DNA of 48,658 bases from Octopus bimaculoides (lineage: Eukaryota). Every line of letters begins with the position of its first letter. Within the stretch, counting starts at the first letter, position 1. The position numbers were made by a program, and so were the translations under genes. Of the stretch, positions 25,236 to 36,596 are shown piece after piece. The notes below the pieces were generated by a model. The model saw only the letters and a program-made list of their open reading frames with translations. It ran no database searches and was not told where the DNA came from. The stretch covers positions 21,530,291 through 21,578,948 of the forward strand of contig NC_068987.1 in the NCBI RefSeq assembly GCF_001194135.2, read 5' to 3'.

Positions 25236-26219
25236 NNNNNNNNNNNNNNNNNNNNNNNNNNNNNNNNNNNNNNNNNNNNNNNNNNNNNNNNNNNNNNNNN
25301 NNNNNNNNNNNNNNNNNNNNNNNNNNNNNNNNNNNNNNNNNNNNNNNNNNNNNNNNNNNNNNNNNNNNNNNNNNNNNNNNNNNNNNNNNNNNNNNNNNNN
25401 NNNNNNNNNNNNNNNNNNNNNNNNNNNNNNNNNNNNNNNNNNNNNNNNNNNNNNNNNNNNNNNNNNNNNNNNNNNNNNNNNNNNNNNNNNNNNNNNNNNN
25501 NNNNNNNNNNNNNNNNNNNNNNNNNNNNNNNNNNNNNNNNNNNNNNNNNNNNNNNNNNNNNNNNNNNNNNNNNNNNNNNNNNNNNNNNNNNNNNNNNNNN
25601 NNNNNNNNNNNNNNNNNNNNNNNNNNNNNNNNNNNNNNNNNNNNNNNNNNNNNNNNNNNNNNNNNNNNNNNNNNNNNNNNNNNNNNNNNNNNNNNNNNNN
25701 NNNNNNNNNNNNNNNNNNNNNNNNNNNNNNNNNNNNNNNNNNNNNNNNNNNNNNNNNNNNNNNNNNNNNNNNNNNNNNNNNNNNNNNNNNNNNNNNNNNN
25801 NNNNNNNNNNNNNNNNNNNNNNNNNNNNNNNNNNNNNNNNNNNNNNNNNNNNNNNNNNNNNNNNNNNNNNNNNNNNNNNNNNNNNNNNNNNNNNNNNNNN
25901 NNNNNNNNNNNNNNNNNNNNNNNNNNNNNNNNNNNNNNNNNNNNNNNNNNNNNNNNNNNNNNNNNNNNNNNNNNNNNNNNNNNNNNNNNNNNNNNNNNNN
26001 NNNNNNNNNNNNNNNNNNNNNNNNNNNNNNNNNNNNNNNNNNNNNNNNNNNNNNNNNNNNNNNNNNNNNNNNNNNNNNNNNNNNNNNNNNNNNNNNNNNN
26101 NNNNNNNNNNNNNNNNNNNNNNNNNNNNNNNNNNNNNNNNNNNNNNNNNNNNNNNNNNNNNNNNNNNNNNNNNNNNNNNNNNNNNNNNNNNNNNNNNNNN
26201 NNNNNNNNNNNNNNNNNNN

Positions 26220-26260
<41 letters not shown>

Positions 26261-26338
26261 GGAGTGGCAGAAGAGAATAACAAAGAGGTCAAGAGATGGT
26301 AATATAGCAACATTTATCTATCTCCTTATCACAGTCAA

Positions 26339-27421
26339 TTTCCTTGCTAACTTTGAACTCCATACCTTTCTCAATTTATGGCATGCGCTCCAGGCAAGAG
26401 CTTTCCTTGCTACGATGCCTTTTTCAGTATTTTGTGCGCACGCACCAAGGTATTTGTAATTTTCAACTACTTTGAGCGAATTGCCGTCTCTCACTTTCAC
26501 TGATACAAGCATTTTGTGGTTGAATATTTGAAGAATGTTTTCTTTGCATTACAATACAATCTTACCTTACCCAATTCTTGCTCTAATCTGCTCAGCACCT
26601 CCTGTGCCTGATCTGTCCTCTCTGTTAGTAATGCCAGGTCATCAGCATAGTCTAGGTCAGTTACTGTTACTACTTTATGCCGTCTACTTCTTTGCCTATG
26701 CAGTTTCAATCCCAGTTCTTCTTCCTTGCCTTCGTACGTATATCCAAATTTAGCAAGAAAATTGAAAGTGAAGTTGTTTCTGGCAACAGTGGAGTCTGTT
26801 TTTCTATACGGACGCTCACTAAAGCATTGAAGAAGCAGTTGGACGGTTGTTATACGAAGATGCTTAGAATGGCACTCAATGTCTCCTGGAAGAGCCATAC
26901 AACAAACGCCGACTTATGCCAGGAACTACCAAAAGTAACCTTGAAGATATAGCATAGAAGAATGGGGCTAGCTGGACACTGCATCAGACATACTGATGAA
27001 GTTGCTAACAAGCTAATGCTCTGACAACCAAAGGAAGGAAGAACCAGGAGAGGAAGGAGGAAGACGACCTACATCGACAACCTACTGGAGGATACTGGTA
27101 TGGAAGAGATACAGGAGCTGAGGACCATTATGGAAGATCGAGATGAATGGGGGAAATGTGTGGAAGCAGTCTTGGGGCATCCTAAGGGACGACCTAGATA
27201 GATAGATAGATACACAAGAATAAGGGCAGGGAATCGTCAATTAGTAATAGAATTAATAATTAACAATTTTGCCAAGTAGTTCAGTATGAAAAAAACCTTT
27301 ATCGGTAAAACCATTTATCATCATAAATATACAGGGATTAGCTTGAGTTGCTTCTCCAACATACTGAAAATTTAGAAATAGCAGTCAAAGAACTACTGAT
27401 TCTAAACTAAAAAAATCCGTT

Positions 27422-27497
<76 letters not shown>
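26339..27497. mobile_element. RTE-clade LINE insertion with 5' inversion (minus 26339 to about 26745, plus about 26745-27195) and a (GATA)n tail
   Basis: Minus part: DLDYADDLALL...YKYLG...VWSSKLARKL. Plus part: RKLKVKLFLATVESVFLYG...LDGCYTKMLR...LAGHCIRH...GRRKTTYID. TSD TTATCACA(G/A)TCAA at 26326-26338 and 27498-27510. Confidence 0.9.
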
Positions 27498-27498
<1 letters not shown>

Positions 27499-28412
27499 TA
27501 TCACAATCAAAAGATCTAATGCAGCTAGTATACTACATCCACTTAGAATTTTAACCCTTTGGGAATTGAAAAATAAGTTTTAGCAGCTGGTGATAAATTA
27601 ATTAATTTTACTATTTTACTGTGGCTATAAATTCGCTATGGCTACATGAAGGAACGTGTCTCAGAAGATGTCAGTAAGATAATGGTACATGTCCAGAAAG
27701 AGGCAGGGTAGGGGTAACGTAAACATTATTATCAGTTAAAGGGGCCCAAAATAGAAAATAAAGGGGGTCACAATGAGGTCTAAATGGACATTAAGGGTAC
27801 AAAGGGGGAAATGTATATCCAAATTTAGCAAAATTTATATATTATTATATTTTGTAGAACAAATAATAAATTTTTAAAAGTTTAGAAAGGGATTTAAGGA
27901 CCAAGTAAAAGAAGGATATATAAACTAATTTAAGCCCTAAAAAAAGTAGACACTTTTATATAAAATAGAAACCTCGTAAAGCTTCATCTAGCAAACTGTT
28001 AAGGTGGTCATGGATAAGACCATTCAACAATGAACCCATGATTAAATTAAGATTTCATCTGAGAAAGGGTTACACATTTTCTATTGACTGAGGGCCAGGG
28101 ATTAAAGGCAAAAATATGAGATAATTAGTTCTATAACAGATAAACGTATTTAAAAAAAAAACTTGGGAAAATATAATTAGATAAAAAACTTCCAACATTA
28201 TGAAAAATTTTAAAGGTCATAAGAAGGTATAAAAATACCGCATATATATGCAAAATTATCATATATACATATATATAAAGAATATATTATAATTATAAAA
28301 TGTAATTACAAATAACAAATAAATAAATATATAGATACCATATTGTATTATATCATACCATGATTAACTGTAGAGAGAAGTTACAACCCTTCCGCAAATC
28401 ATCTACAAAGTA

Positions 28413-28632
28413 TAACAAGAGCTCTCAGAGAGCGCAAAACTCCGCCAAGGCAACACCAACATCCTCTCAACGATTAGCCAGAGATGATTTTTAAAATGAG
28501 AATATGTGAAATAAACTCAACTGTTCTAACAAACAAGAATACTAAGAATGAACCCGACCACTCTCAAAAATTAAGTTAAAGAAATGTGGAAAAATAATCC
28601 AGAATCCTTGTCCGGTACCGGCCGATCCCAAA
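28413..28632 (+). mobile_element. 5' part of a Helentron/HINE-like non-autonomous element (target of the Tx1-like insertions)
   Basis: Starts AACAAGAGC..; subterminal CTCCGCCAAGG; ends AATAATCCAGAATCCTTGTCCGGTACC..CGATCCCAAA, which matches the uninterrupted copy at 32533-32574. Confidence 0.5.
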
Positions 28633-30049
28633 GTCGAATTAGTGCGTGCTATTGGTGAATTGCTGTTTGATTTTTTGTGTGCTTTTGTGCNNNNNNNNNN
28701 NNNNNNNNNNNNNNNNNNNNNNNNNNNNNNNNNNNNNNNNNNNNNNNNNNNNNNNNNNNNNNNNNNNNNNNNNNNNNNNNNNNNNNNNNNNNNNNNNNNN
28801 NNNNNNNNNNNNNNNNNNNNNNNNNNNNNNNNNNNNNNNNNNNNNNNNNNNNNNNNNNNNNNNNNNNNNNNNNNNNNNNNNNNNNNNNNNNNNNNNNNNN
28901 NNNNNNNNNNNNNNNNNNNNNNNNNNNNNNNNNNNNNNNNNNNNNNNNNNNNNNNNNNNNNNNNNNNNNNNNNNNNNNNNNNNNNNNNNNNNNNNNNNNN
29001 NNNNNNNNNNNNNNNNNNNNNNNNNNNNNNNNNGTCCGTTATCCAGGCCACATCAACAGAAGACGGGACGTGGAAGGGGAAAACATTGCAGATGAACATC
29101 CAAAGTGAGAAAGAAACACTAGAAAAATTGGCAGAGACAGTAACCATAGGCGACATAAGTCTGAGAGTGTGGGTGGAGGGCAGAATCCCTCGCTGTTATA
29201 AATGTGGTCTGAAGGGCCACATTAGAGCGAATTGCCCTCCACCGAACAAAGAAGCAAAAGAGTGGAATACACAGGAGATACTAAAAAAAACAAACAGGAA
29301 AAAAATAGCGAACACAGAAGAGTCAATACCGGCGGAAGAAGAAAACGAAGAAAGGGAATGGAAGGCGAGTAAAAGTTCAAAAAGAAAAAGGAAGAATGTA
29401 GGCTTCTCACATGCAGAACCCCAACTCACCCAATGCCCACCCACACCCTCTTCGTCCCACCCTCCCCCTGCAGACACTATACCTACCCATTCCCCACCAA
29501 CACGAAAGCAAAAATAAAAGGACACCACACACAATGTGTTAGAAACTTCCCCTCCCACTGATTGTTATGCCCGTTTGGTTTATTATGAGGCAGAGAAAGA
29601 ACTGCATGAGATAGTGGGAAAATGGAAAGACACAGTCCATGTGGACGTTAACGACGACGAGAAATTACAGTAATGTTAATAACAGAAAAACATTTGAACA
29701 AAATTTAAAAATTCGAGGAATTTATGGTATGGAAGGTGAATTACAATATGGAGAATTTACCGAAAGAAATAGAATACGAAGAACTGAAATTACGATACGG
29801 TATAGATATTATGGAGGACAAGCAAAAAGGCATGTAAGTGATGTTACTTGATGGGGCAGGTAACATCACTTCCATTTCTCATTTTTTTCATTCTTACATA
29901 TTACCATTCGTTATTTTAGTTTTTCTTCTGATTTCATCTTTTTGTATTTTTATTTCCCCGAGTTTGTGTTTGTCGTGTTTATATTGTCTCTATGTGTTGT
30001 AATGTTTGATGGAAGATTCTTTGTTTTACCTTTTATAGGCAATAAAAAA
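28633..30049 (+). mobile_element. Short (about 1.4 kb) L1/Tx1-like retroposon with gag-like ORF1 (CCHC knuckle) and no visible ORF2
   Basis: RVWVEGRIPRCYKCGLKGHIRANC knuckle; T-rich 3' UTR; AATAAAAAA end; CGATCCCAAA duplicated on both sides. About 340 bp is hidden in a gap. Confidence 0.7.
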
Positions 30050-30060
30050 TCGATCCCAAA

Positions 30061-31128
30061 GTCGAATCAGCGCGTGCCTGTTGTAATTTTGTGTCGGTGG
30101 TTTTTGTTTGAATAATTTTTTGTGCTGCTTTGCAGCGGTTTGGGTGTTTACGTGTGAATTTGTTTGTGCTTTCTCTTCTCGTAAGATAAGAGATAGCTGG
30201 TTAAAGAATGTCTGAAGACAGTTATAGTTATTCCGACATGTCGTCGTCCAAGGAGGAGTTGCTGGAGGCTGTTAAAACAATGGACCAGAAACTGAGAACA
30301 GAGAAGAGGAATTTTGCTGATGCAGCAAAGTGTAAGGAGACAGAAGTGAATATCGGGAAATTAGGAAGACACAAAGGAGAAATGAACCGAGATAGGTTCG
30401 AAGTGAAGCTGTCGCCCCCGCAAGAGGTTACAAACGGAATAAGGGAGAAAAGGGACGACATAATATACCTGAATAGAGGTTCAACATTTGGAACAGTAGA
30501 AGTGAGGTTTCGTAATGCAGCAGCAGCAAGGAAACATGCAGCGTCGACAATTCGGAGCGAAGAAGTGGTACTGTTACCCACGTATAGGGGCATGAGAACA
30601 AGGGTCACGGTTGAAGGAATCCCACCGAAGATTGATGTGACCTGGGTGGCAGATGCGGTCCTCTGTGGTAATGAGGACAACATAGTAGTGCTCCAGGCTA
30701 AGAAAAAAGAATGCGTTAACTGGAGAGGTCAACAACTGGAGAGGTCAACAACTGGAGAGGTCAACAACTGGAGATGGTGGTCCAAGGTTCAAAAGAAACG
30801 ATAGAAAAGATTACAGAAACAATTATGACTGCCAGGGTGGAAGGAAGAGTTCCACGCTGCTTAAATGTGGCCTGAAGGGACACATAAGAGCAGAATGTAC
30901 GTCAAAACCAAGAAAACCAGAGGAAAAGCGACCAGAGAATATGGAAGAGGAGATAGAAGAGTCCCACAGAAAGGAAGTAATCGAAAAAGAAAAGGAAGTA
31001 GCGGAAATAGAGAAAAATAAATGGGAAAATGTGACAGAAAAAAAAAAGAAAAAAGGCAAGTGAACTAAACTGTAAACCCCATTCCATACCCATCCCACCC
31101 ACACCCTCTCAGACCCACCCACACCTTC
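30061..31128 (+). mobile_element. Second, diverged L1/Tx1-like retroposon: 5' UTR plus ORF1 (30208 to about 31060), 3' part lost in a gap
   Basis: Same 5' start GTCGAAT.AG.GCGTGC. ORF1 has an RRM-like GTVEVRF region and RVEGRVPRC..CGLKGHIRAEC, and is frameshifted by a 16-bp tandem repeat. Confidence 0.7.
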
Positions 31129-32529
31129 NNNNNNNNNNNNNNNNNNNNNNNNNNNNNNNNNNNNNNNNNNNNNNNNNNNNNNNNNNNNNNNNNNNNNNNN
31201 NNNNNNNNNNNNNNNNNNNNNNNNNNNNNNNNNNNNNNNNNNNNNNNNNNNNNNNNNNNNNNNNNNNNNNNNNNNNNNNNNNNNNNNNNNNNNNNNNNNN
31301 NNNNNNNNNNNNNNNNNNNNNNNNNNNNNNNNNNNNNNNNNNNNNNNNNNNNNNNNNNNNNNNNNNNNNNNNNNNNNNNNNNNNNNNNNNNNNNNNNNNN
31401 NNNNNNNNNNNNNNNNNNNNNNNNNNNNNNNNNNNNNNNNNNNNNNNNNNNNNNNNNNNNNNNNNNNNNNNNNNNNNNNNNNNNNNNNNNNNNNNNNNNN
31501 NNNNNNNNNNNNNNNNNNNNNNNNNNNNNNNNNNNNNNNNNNNNNNNNNNNNNNNNNNNNNNNNNNNNNNNNNNNNNNNNNNNNNNNNNNNNNNNNNNNN
31601 NNNNNNNNNNNNNNNNNNNNNNNNNNNNNNNNNNNNNNNNNNNNNNNNNNNNNNNNNNNNNNNNNNNNNNNNNNNNNNNNNNNNNNNNNNNNNNNNNNNN
31701 NNNNNNNNNNNNNNNNNNNNNNNNNNNNNNNNNNNNNNNNNNNNNNNNNNNNNNNNNNNNNNNNNNNNNNNNNNNNNNNNNNNNNNNNNNNNNNNNNNNN
31801 NNNNNNNNNNNNNNNNNNNNNNNNNNNNNNNNNNNNNNNNNNNNNNNNNNNNNNNNNNNNNNNNNNNNNNNNNNNNNNNNNNNNNNNNNNNNNNNNNNNN
31901 NNNNNNNNNNNNNNNNNNNNNNNNNNNNNNNNNNNNNNNNNNNNNNNNNNNNNNNNNNNNNNNNNNNNNNNNNNNNNNNNNNNNNNNNNNNNNNNNCTAT
32001 CCATTTGATATAGTGTCTTTGCGACTATTAAGGTCTATAGTGAAAAATTTATCCGTGCGTGAAAGAAAACGGAAAGGACCTGCATACGGTGCTGTTAACG
32101 GAGGTTTAACAACATCTTTGCGCACAAAAACGTGAGTCCAAGAAGTAAAGCTTCATTCAAAGCAGAGCTAGAAATGCAATTGTCAAGTAGGTAAGAGGTT
32201 TTAAACAGGAGCGATATATTCAAAATTGGTAAAACTAAAAACTGTCGAGGATAAATTAAATTTATTATTGTTACTGTATATATTACTGTTATTTAATTTC
32301 TGAATGGTTTTGCTGCCGTTTGTTTATGTAGCTTGATTTCTTTATCCATCAGTTTCTACTAAGATGGAGACGCGAGTAAAATTAATAACAGAGAAACGAA
32401 AATAAAATTTTGGAATCAGCAACGCCGCCATAATTTCCGGGGAAACCATGAGCGTGCTTTCAAGGGAGATAATCAAAGACAGACTTGAAAGTCAACGTAA
32501 GATCGTAATACTTCATGTAAAGTAAATAT

Positions 32530-32722
32530 AACAAATAATCCAGAATCCTTGTCCGGTACCTGATCGATCCCAAAATCTCATCAATTCGTGCCAGTCATGA
32601 GGCCAAACATCCCTGAAAGTTTCATCGGAATCCATCCGGCGGTTCTTGAGATATCTGGTCTACGGACAAACAAACAAACACGACTGGAAAACAATACCTC
32701 CACCTTCGCTAAGGTGGAGGTA
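32530..32722 (+). mobile_element. 3' part of the Helentron/HINE-like element with an intact target site and a terminal hairpin
   Basis: (CAAA)n followed by the ACCTCCACCTT-CGCT-AAGGTGGAGGT hairpin just before the end; GGTGGAGGT is inverted relative to the 5' CTCCGCC. Confidence 0.5.
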
Positions 32723-33530
32723 ATAATATAGTATAATATAAAAGAATAAATTAAATAAATAAATAAAAGTGTCTACTTTTTTAGGGCTTAAATTGGTTTA
32801 TATATCCTTCTCTTATTCGCTCCTTAAATCCTTTTCTAAATTTTTAAAATTCTATTATTTGTTATACAAAATATAATATATAAATTTTGCTGAAATTGGA
32901 TACACATTTTTTCCAAATGTACTCTTAATGCCCATTTAGATCTCATTGTGACCTCCTTCGTTTTCTATTTTAGGCCCCTTTAACTGATAATAATAAAATA
33001 GTTTACGTCACCACTACCCTTTCTCTTTCTGGACATGTACCATTATCTTACTGACATCTTCTGAGGCATTTTCCTTTATGTAATCATAGCGAATTCGTAG
33101 CCACAGTAAAATAGTAAAATTAATTATATTTATCACCACCAGCTAAAACTTAACTTTCAATTCCCAATGGGTTTAATTCTAAGTGGATGTAGTATACTAG
33201 CTGCATTAGATCTTTTGATTGTGATAAGGAGATAGATAAATGTAACTACACTACCATCTCAGGACCCCCTTTGTTATTCTCTTCTGCCACTCCAAATTAT
33301 AGTTGGGGTATTTTCTGCCTAAGTTCCATTCTGCTACAATAATAGCAATAAGCATGTAATTCTTTTATTCGCTAGTTCTGATGGAATTTTTGTTTAAAAT
33401 CTATATGGTCTTATGCACCCGAGAAAGGCGGTGTTTTTCAAATTGATGTAATACTTGCAATGATCGATTAAATGGAGCCGCCTGAAACGGCCGTAATGCA
33501 CTAATACCCGGACATCCTTGTTACTTATTT

Positions 33531-33614
<84 letters not shown>

Positions 33615-33887
33615 CGTGTGTGTGTGAATACAATAGAAACAAATGTCGGCTTTATAAGGTGAGACTGATAATAATGATATCATTTTCTCTATACCTATTT
33701 TTTGTTGTGAAATACTCTGAATTGCTCGAAATTCTGTCAAAGAATATTTGCATTTACTGAGATCTGTATTCTAATTACATTTACTGGTGTCTAATTATTG
33801 AACTTTGGTAACCAAATTATTTTAATACTGAGTGCTTTATTGATATCGGCCAGGAAATTTTAATCTCTTTTTTCTTTTATATATATA

Positions 33888-33933
<46 letters not shown>

Positions 33934-33979
33934 TCTAAATCTCTCTAAAGGAGACTACGGCAGCAGTACTGGGTATTAA

Positions 33980-34462
33980 TAGTTATCGCCAAGCTAACAT
34001 GGTAGACTAGAAAAATAGGACGAATGCTGCCGTTGATTAGCTCCAAGAGGCCATCGCCTCTATCTAGCTATGTGACACACAAACTTGTGTCCATTACAAC
34101 CTTCGAACAGAAGAGGTCATTAACTACCATGCTGGTTCAGACATCAAGAGACTAGTTTCAGGATATTTGCCCCTTATCAATGTGGAGTTGTCGAACCCAG
34201 CAGATGTGTTTCAGGGGATGTGTTCTACTGAATATATATAAACCTTCGAACAGTCAACAGCGATGCCTGCAGGGTTCGACTACTCAACATTAACAATGGG
34301 TAAATACCCTGAAACTAGTCTGTGGATGTCTGAACCAGCATGTTGTAATGGACACAGGTTTGTGTGTCACATAGCCAGCTACAGACGATGGCCTCTTGGA
34401 GCTAATCAACGGCAGCATTCGTCCTATTTTTCTGGACTGTCATGTTAGCTTGGCGATAACTA
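33980..34462. mobile_element. Foldback MITE, 483 bp
   Basis: Long imperfect TIRs TAGTTATCGCCAAGCTAACATG...GAGGCCATCG / CGATGGCCTC...CATGTTAGCTTGGCGATAACTA; TTAA on both sides. Confidence 0.9.
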
Positions 34463-34480
34463 TTAACATATATATATATA

Positions 34481-34718
34481 CAAGCCATTTAAGAAACACA
34501 TAAAATCCGTTAGATTCACTTCAACATTTAAATTTGATTGGTCAAAATATTTTCGTCGCTTTGAGACCGCGACCTGTTCACTGACAAAATTCCGTGCTGC
34601 ATCTCGGAATTTTGTCAGTGAACAGGTCACGATCTGAAAGCGACGAAAATATTTTGACAAATTAAATTTAAATGTTGAAGTGAATCTAACGGATTTTCTG
34701 TGTTTCTTAAATGGCTTA
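34481..34718. mobile_element. Hairpin MITE, 238 bp, TA-flanked
   Basis: Near-complete palindrome CAAGCCATTTAAGAAACAC...GACAAAATTCCG-TGCTGCATCT-CGGAATTTTGTC...GTGTTTCTTAAATGGCTT. Confidence 0.9.
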
Positions 34719-35325
34719 TAAACACCTTCCACGCTACAATTGTTTTCTTTCCAGCACACGATCTCAGATCAGGTCACTTGCTATGCAAGTGCATCTCCGT
34801 AATGTGTGTGTGTGTGTGTGTTTGTTTACGTCCCTCTAATATAGCAGTCCGGCAAAAAAAAAGGACCGGTAGAATAAGTATCAGACTTTAAAAAGGAAAG
34901 TACACCTATCTGTATACATACACATACATACACACACCCACACACACATACACAGATGAGCTTCTTTCAGTTTCCGTCTCTACGAAATCCACTCAGAAGG
35001 GCCGAGGTTATAGCAGAACTCACTTGCAATTTTAATGAATTAATGATTATAAAAAAGTTAACGTATGAAAACACAAGGTAACCGTTGTACTGTTGCACTC
35101 GACTACTGGCTTGTCTTCGACCGGAGGGTCATGGAGATATTGTTGCTGATGTCTTTTTGTTGTTACTTTTCTTCTGTATTTTTTATCTTTTACTTGTTTC
35201 AGTCATTAGAAAGGTTTTCAGTCGAACGAATCGACCCCAATATTTATTCATTTTATGTACTTTATATTATTTCTTAAATTTTCCTTTGATTAAGAATATT
35301 GTTGAAATTCCAAGGTTTATTAAAC

Positions 35326-35668
35326 ACATGTGGAGGCGCAATGGTCTAGTGGTTAGGGCAGTGGACTCGCGGTCATAGGATCGCGGTTTCGATTCCCAGA
35401 CCGGGCGTTGTGAGTGTTTATTGAGCAAAAACACCTTAAGCTCCACGAGGCTCCGGCAGGGGATGGTGGCGAACCCTGCTGTACTCTTTCACCACAACTT
35501 TCTCTCACACTTCCTTCCTGTTTCTGTTGTACCTGTACTTCAAAGGGTCAGCCTTGTCAAACTGTGTCACGCTGAATATCCCCGAGAACTACGTTAAGGG
35601 TACACGTGTCTGTGGAGTGCTCAGCCACTTGCACGTTAATTTCACGAGCAGGCTGTTCCGTTGATCGG
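35326..35668 (+). mobile_element. Family-B tRNA-derived SINE (longest copy, truncated by gap)
   Basis: Boxes A and B; the body is shared with the minus-strand copy at 38700-38925. Confidence 0.9.
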
Positions 35669-36539
35669 NNNNNNNNNNNNNNNNNNNNNNNNNNNNNNNN
35701 NNNNNNNNNNNNNNNNNNNNNNNNNNNNNNNNNNNNNNNNNNNNNNNNNNNNNNNNNNNNNNNNNNNNNNNNNNNNNNNNNNNNNNNNNNNNNNNNNNNN
35801 NNNNNNNNNNNNNNNNNNNNNNNNNNNNNNNNNNNNNNNNNNNNNNNNNNNNNNNNNNNNNNNNNNNNNNNNNNNNNNNNNNNNNNNNNNNNNNNNNNNN
35901 NNNNNNNNNNNNNNNNNNNNNNNNNNNNNNNNNNNNNNNNNNNNNNNNNNNNNNNNNNNNNNNNNNNNNNNNNNNNNNNNNNNNNNNNNNNNNNNNNNNN
36001 NNNNNNNNNNNNNNNNNNNNNNNNNNNNNNNNNNNNNNNNNNNNNNNNNNNNNNNNNNNNNNNNNNNNNNNNNNNNNNNNNNNNNNNNNNNNNNNNNNNN
36101 NNNNNNNNNNNNNNNNNNNNNNNNNNNNNNNNNNNNNNNNNNNNNNNNNNNNNNNNNNNNNNNNNNNNNNNNNNNNNNNNNNNNNNNNNNNNNNNNNNNN
36201 NNNNNNNNNNNNNNNNNNNNNNNNNNNNNNNNNNNNNNNNNNNNNNNNNNNNNNNNNNNNNNNNNNNNNNNNNNNNNNNNNNNNNNNNNNNNNNNNNNNN
36301 NNNNNNNNNNNNNNNNNNNNNNNNNNNNNNNNNNNNNNNNNNNNNNNNNNNNNNNNNNNNNNNNNNNNNNNNNNNNNNNNNNNNNNNNNNNNNNNNNNNN
36401 NNNNNNNNNNNNNNNNNNNNNNNNNNNNNNNNNNNNNNNNNNNNNNNNNNNNNNNNNNNNNNNNNNNNNNNNNNNNNNNNNNNNNNNNNNNNNNNNNNNN
36501 NNNNNNNNNNNNNNNNNNNNNNNNNNNNNNNNNNNNNNN

Positions 36540-36589
<50 letters not shown>

Positions 36590-36596
<7 letters not shown>

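Larger units (their letters stand above)
26256..33305. repeat. Long inverted repeat pair: left arm 26256-26338 plus 27498-27962 (split by the RTE insertion), right arm about 32765-33305
   Basis: The reverse complement of the right arm aligns continuously by eye across both left pieces, e.g. AATTTGGAGTGGCAGAAGAGAATAACAAAG, TTATCACAATCAAAAGATCTAATGCAGCTAGTATACTACATCCAC and AAAAAAGTAGACACTTTTAT. Confidence 0.85.
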
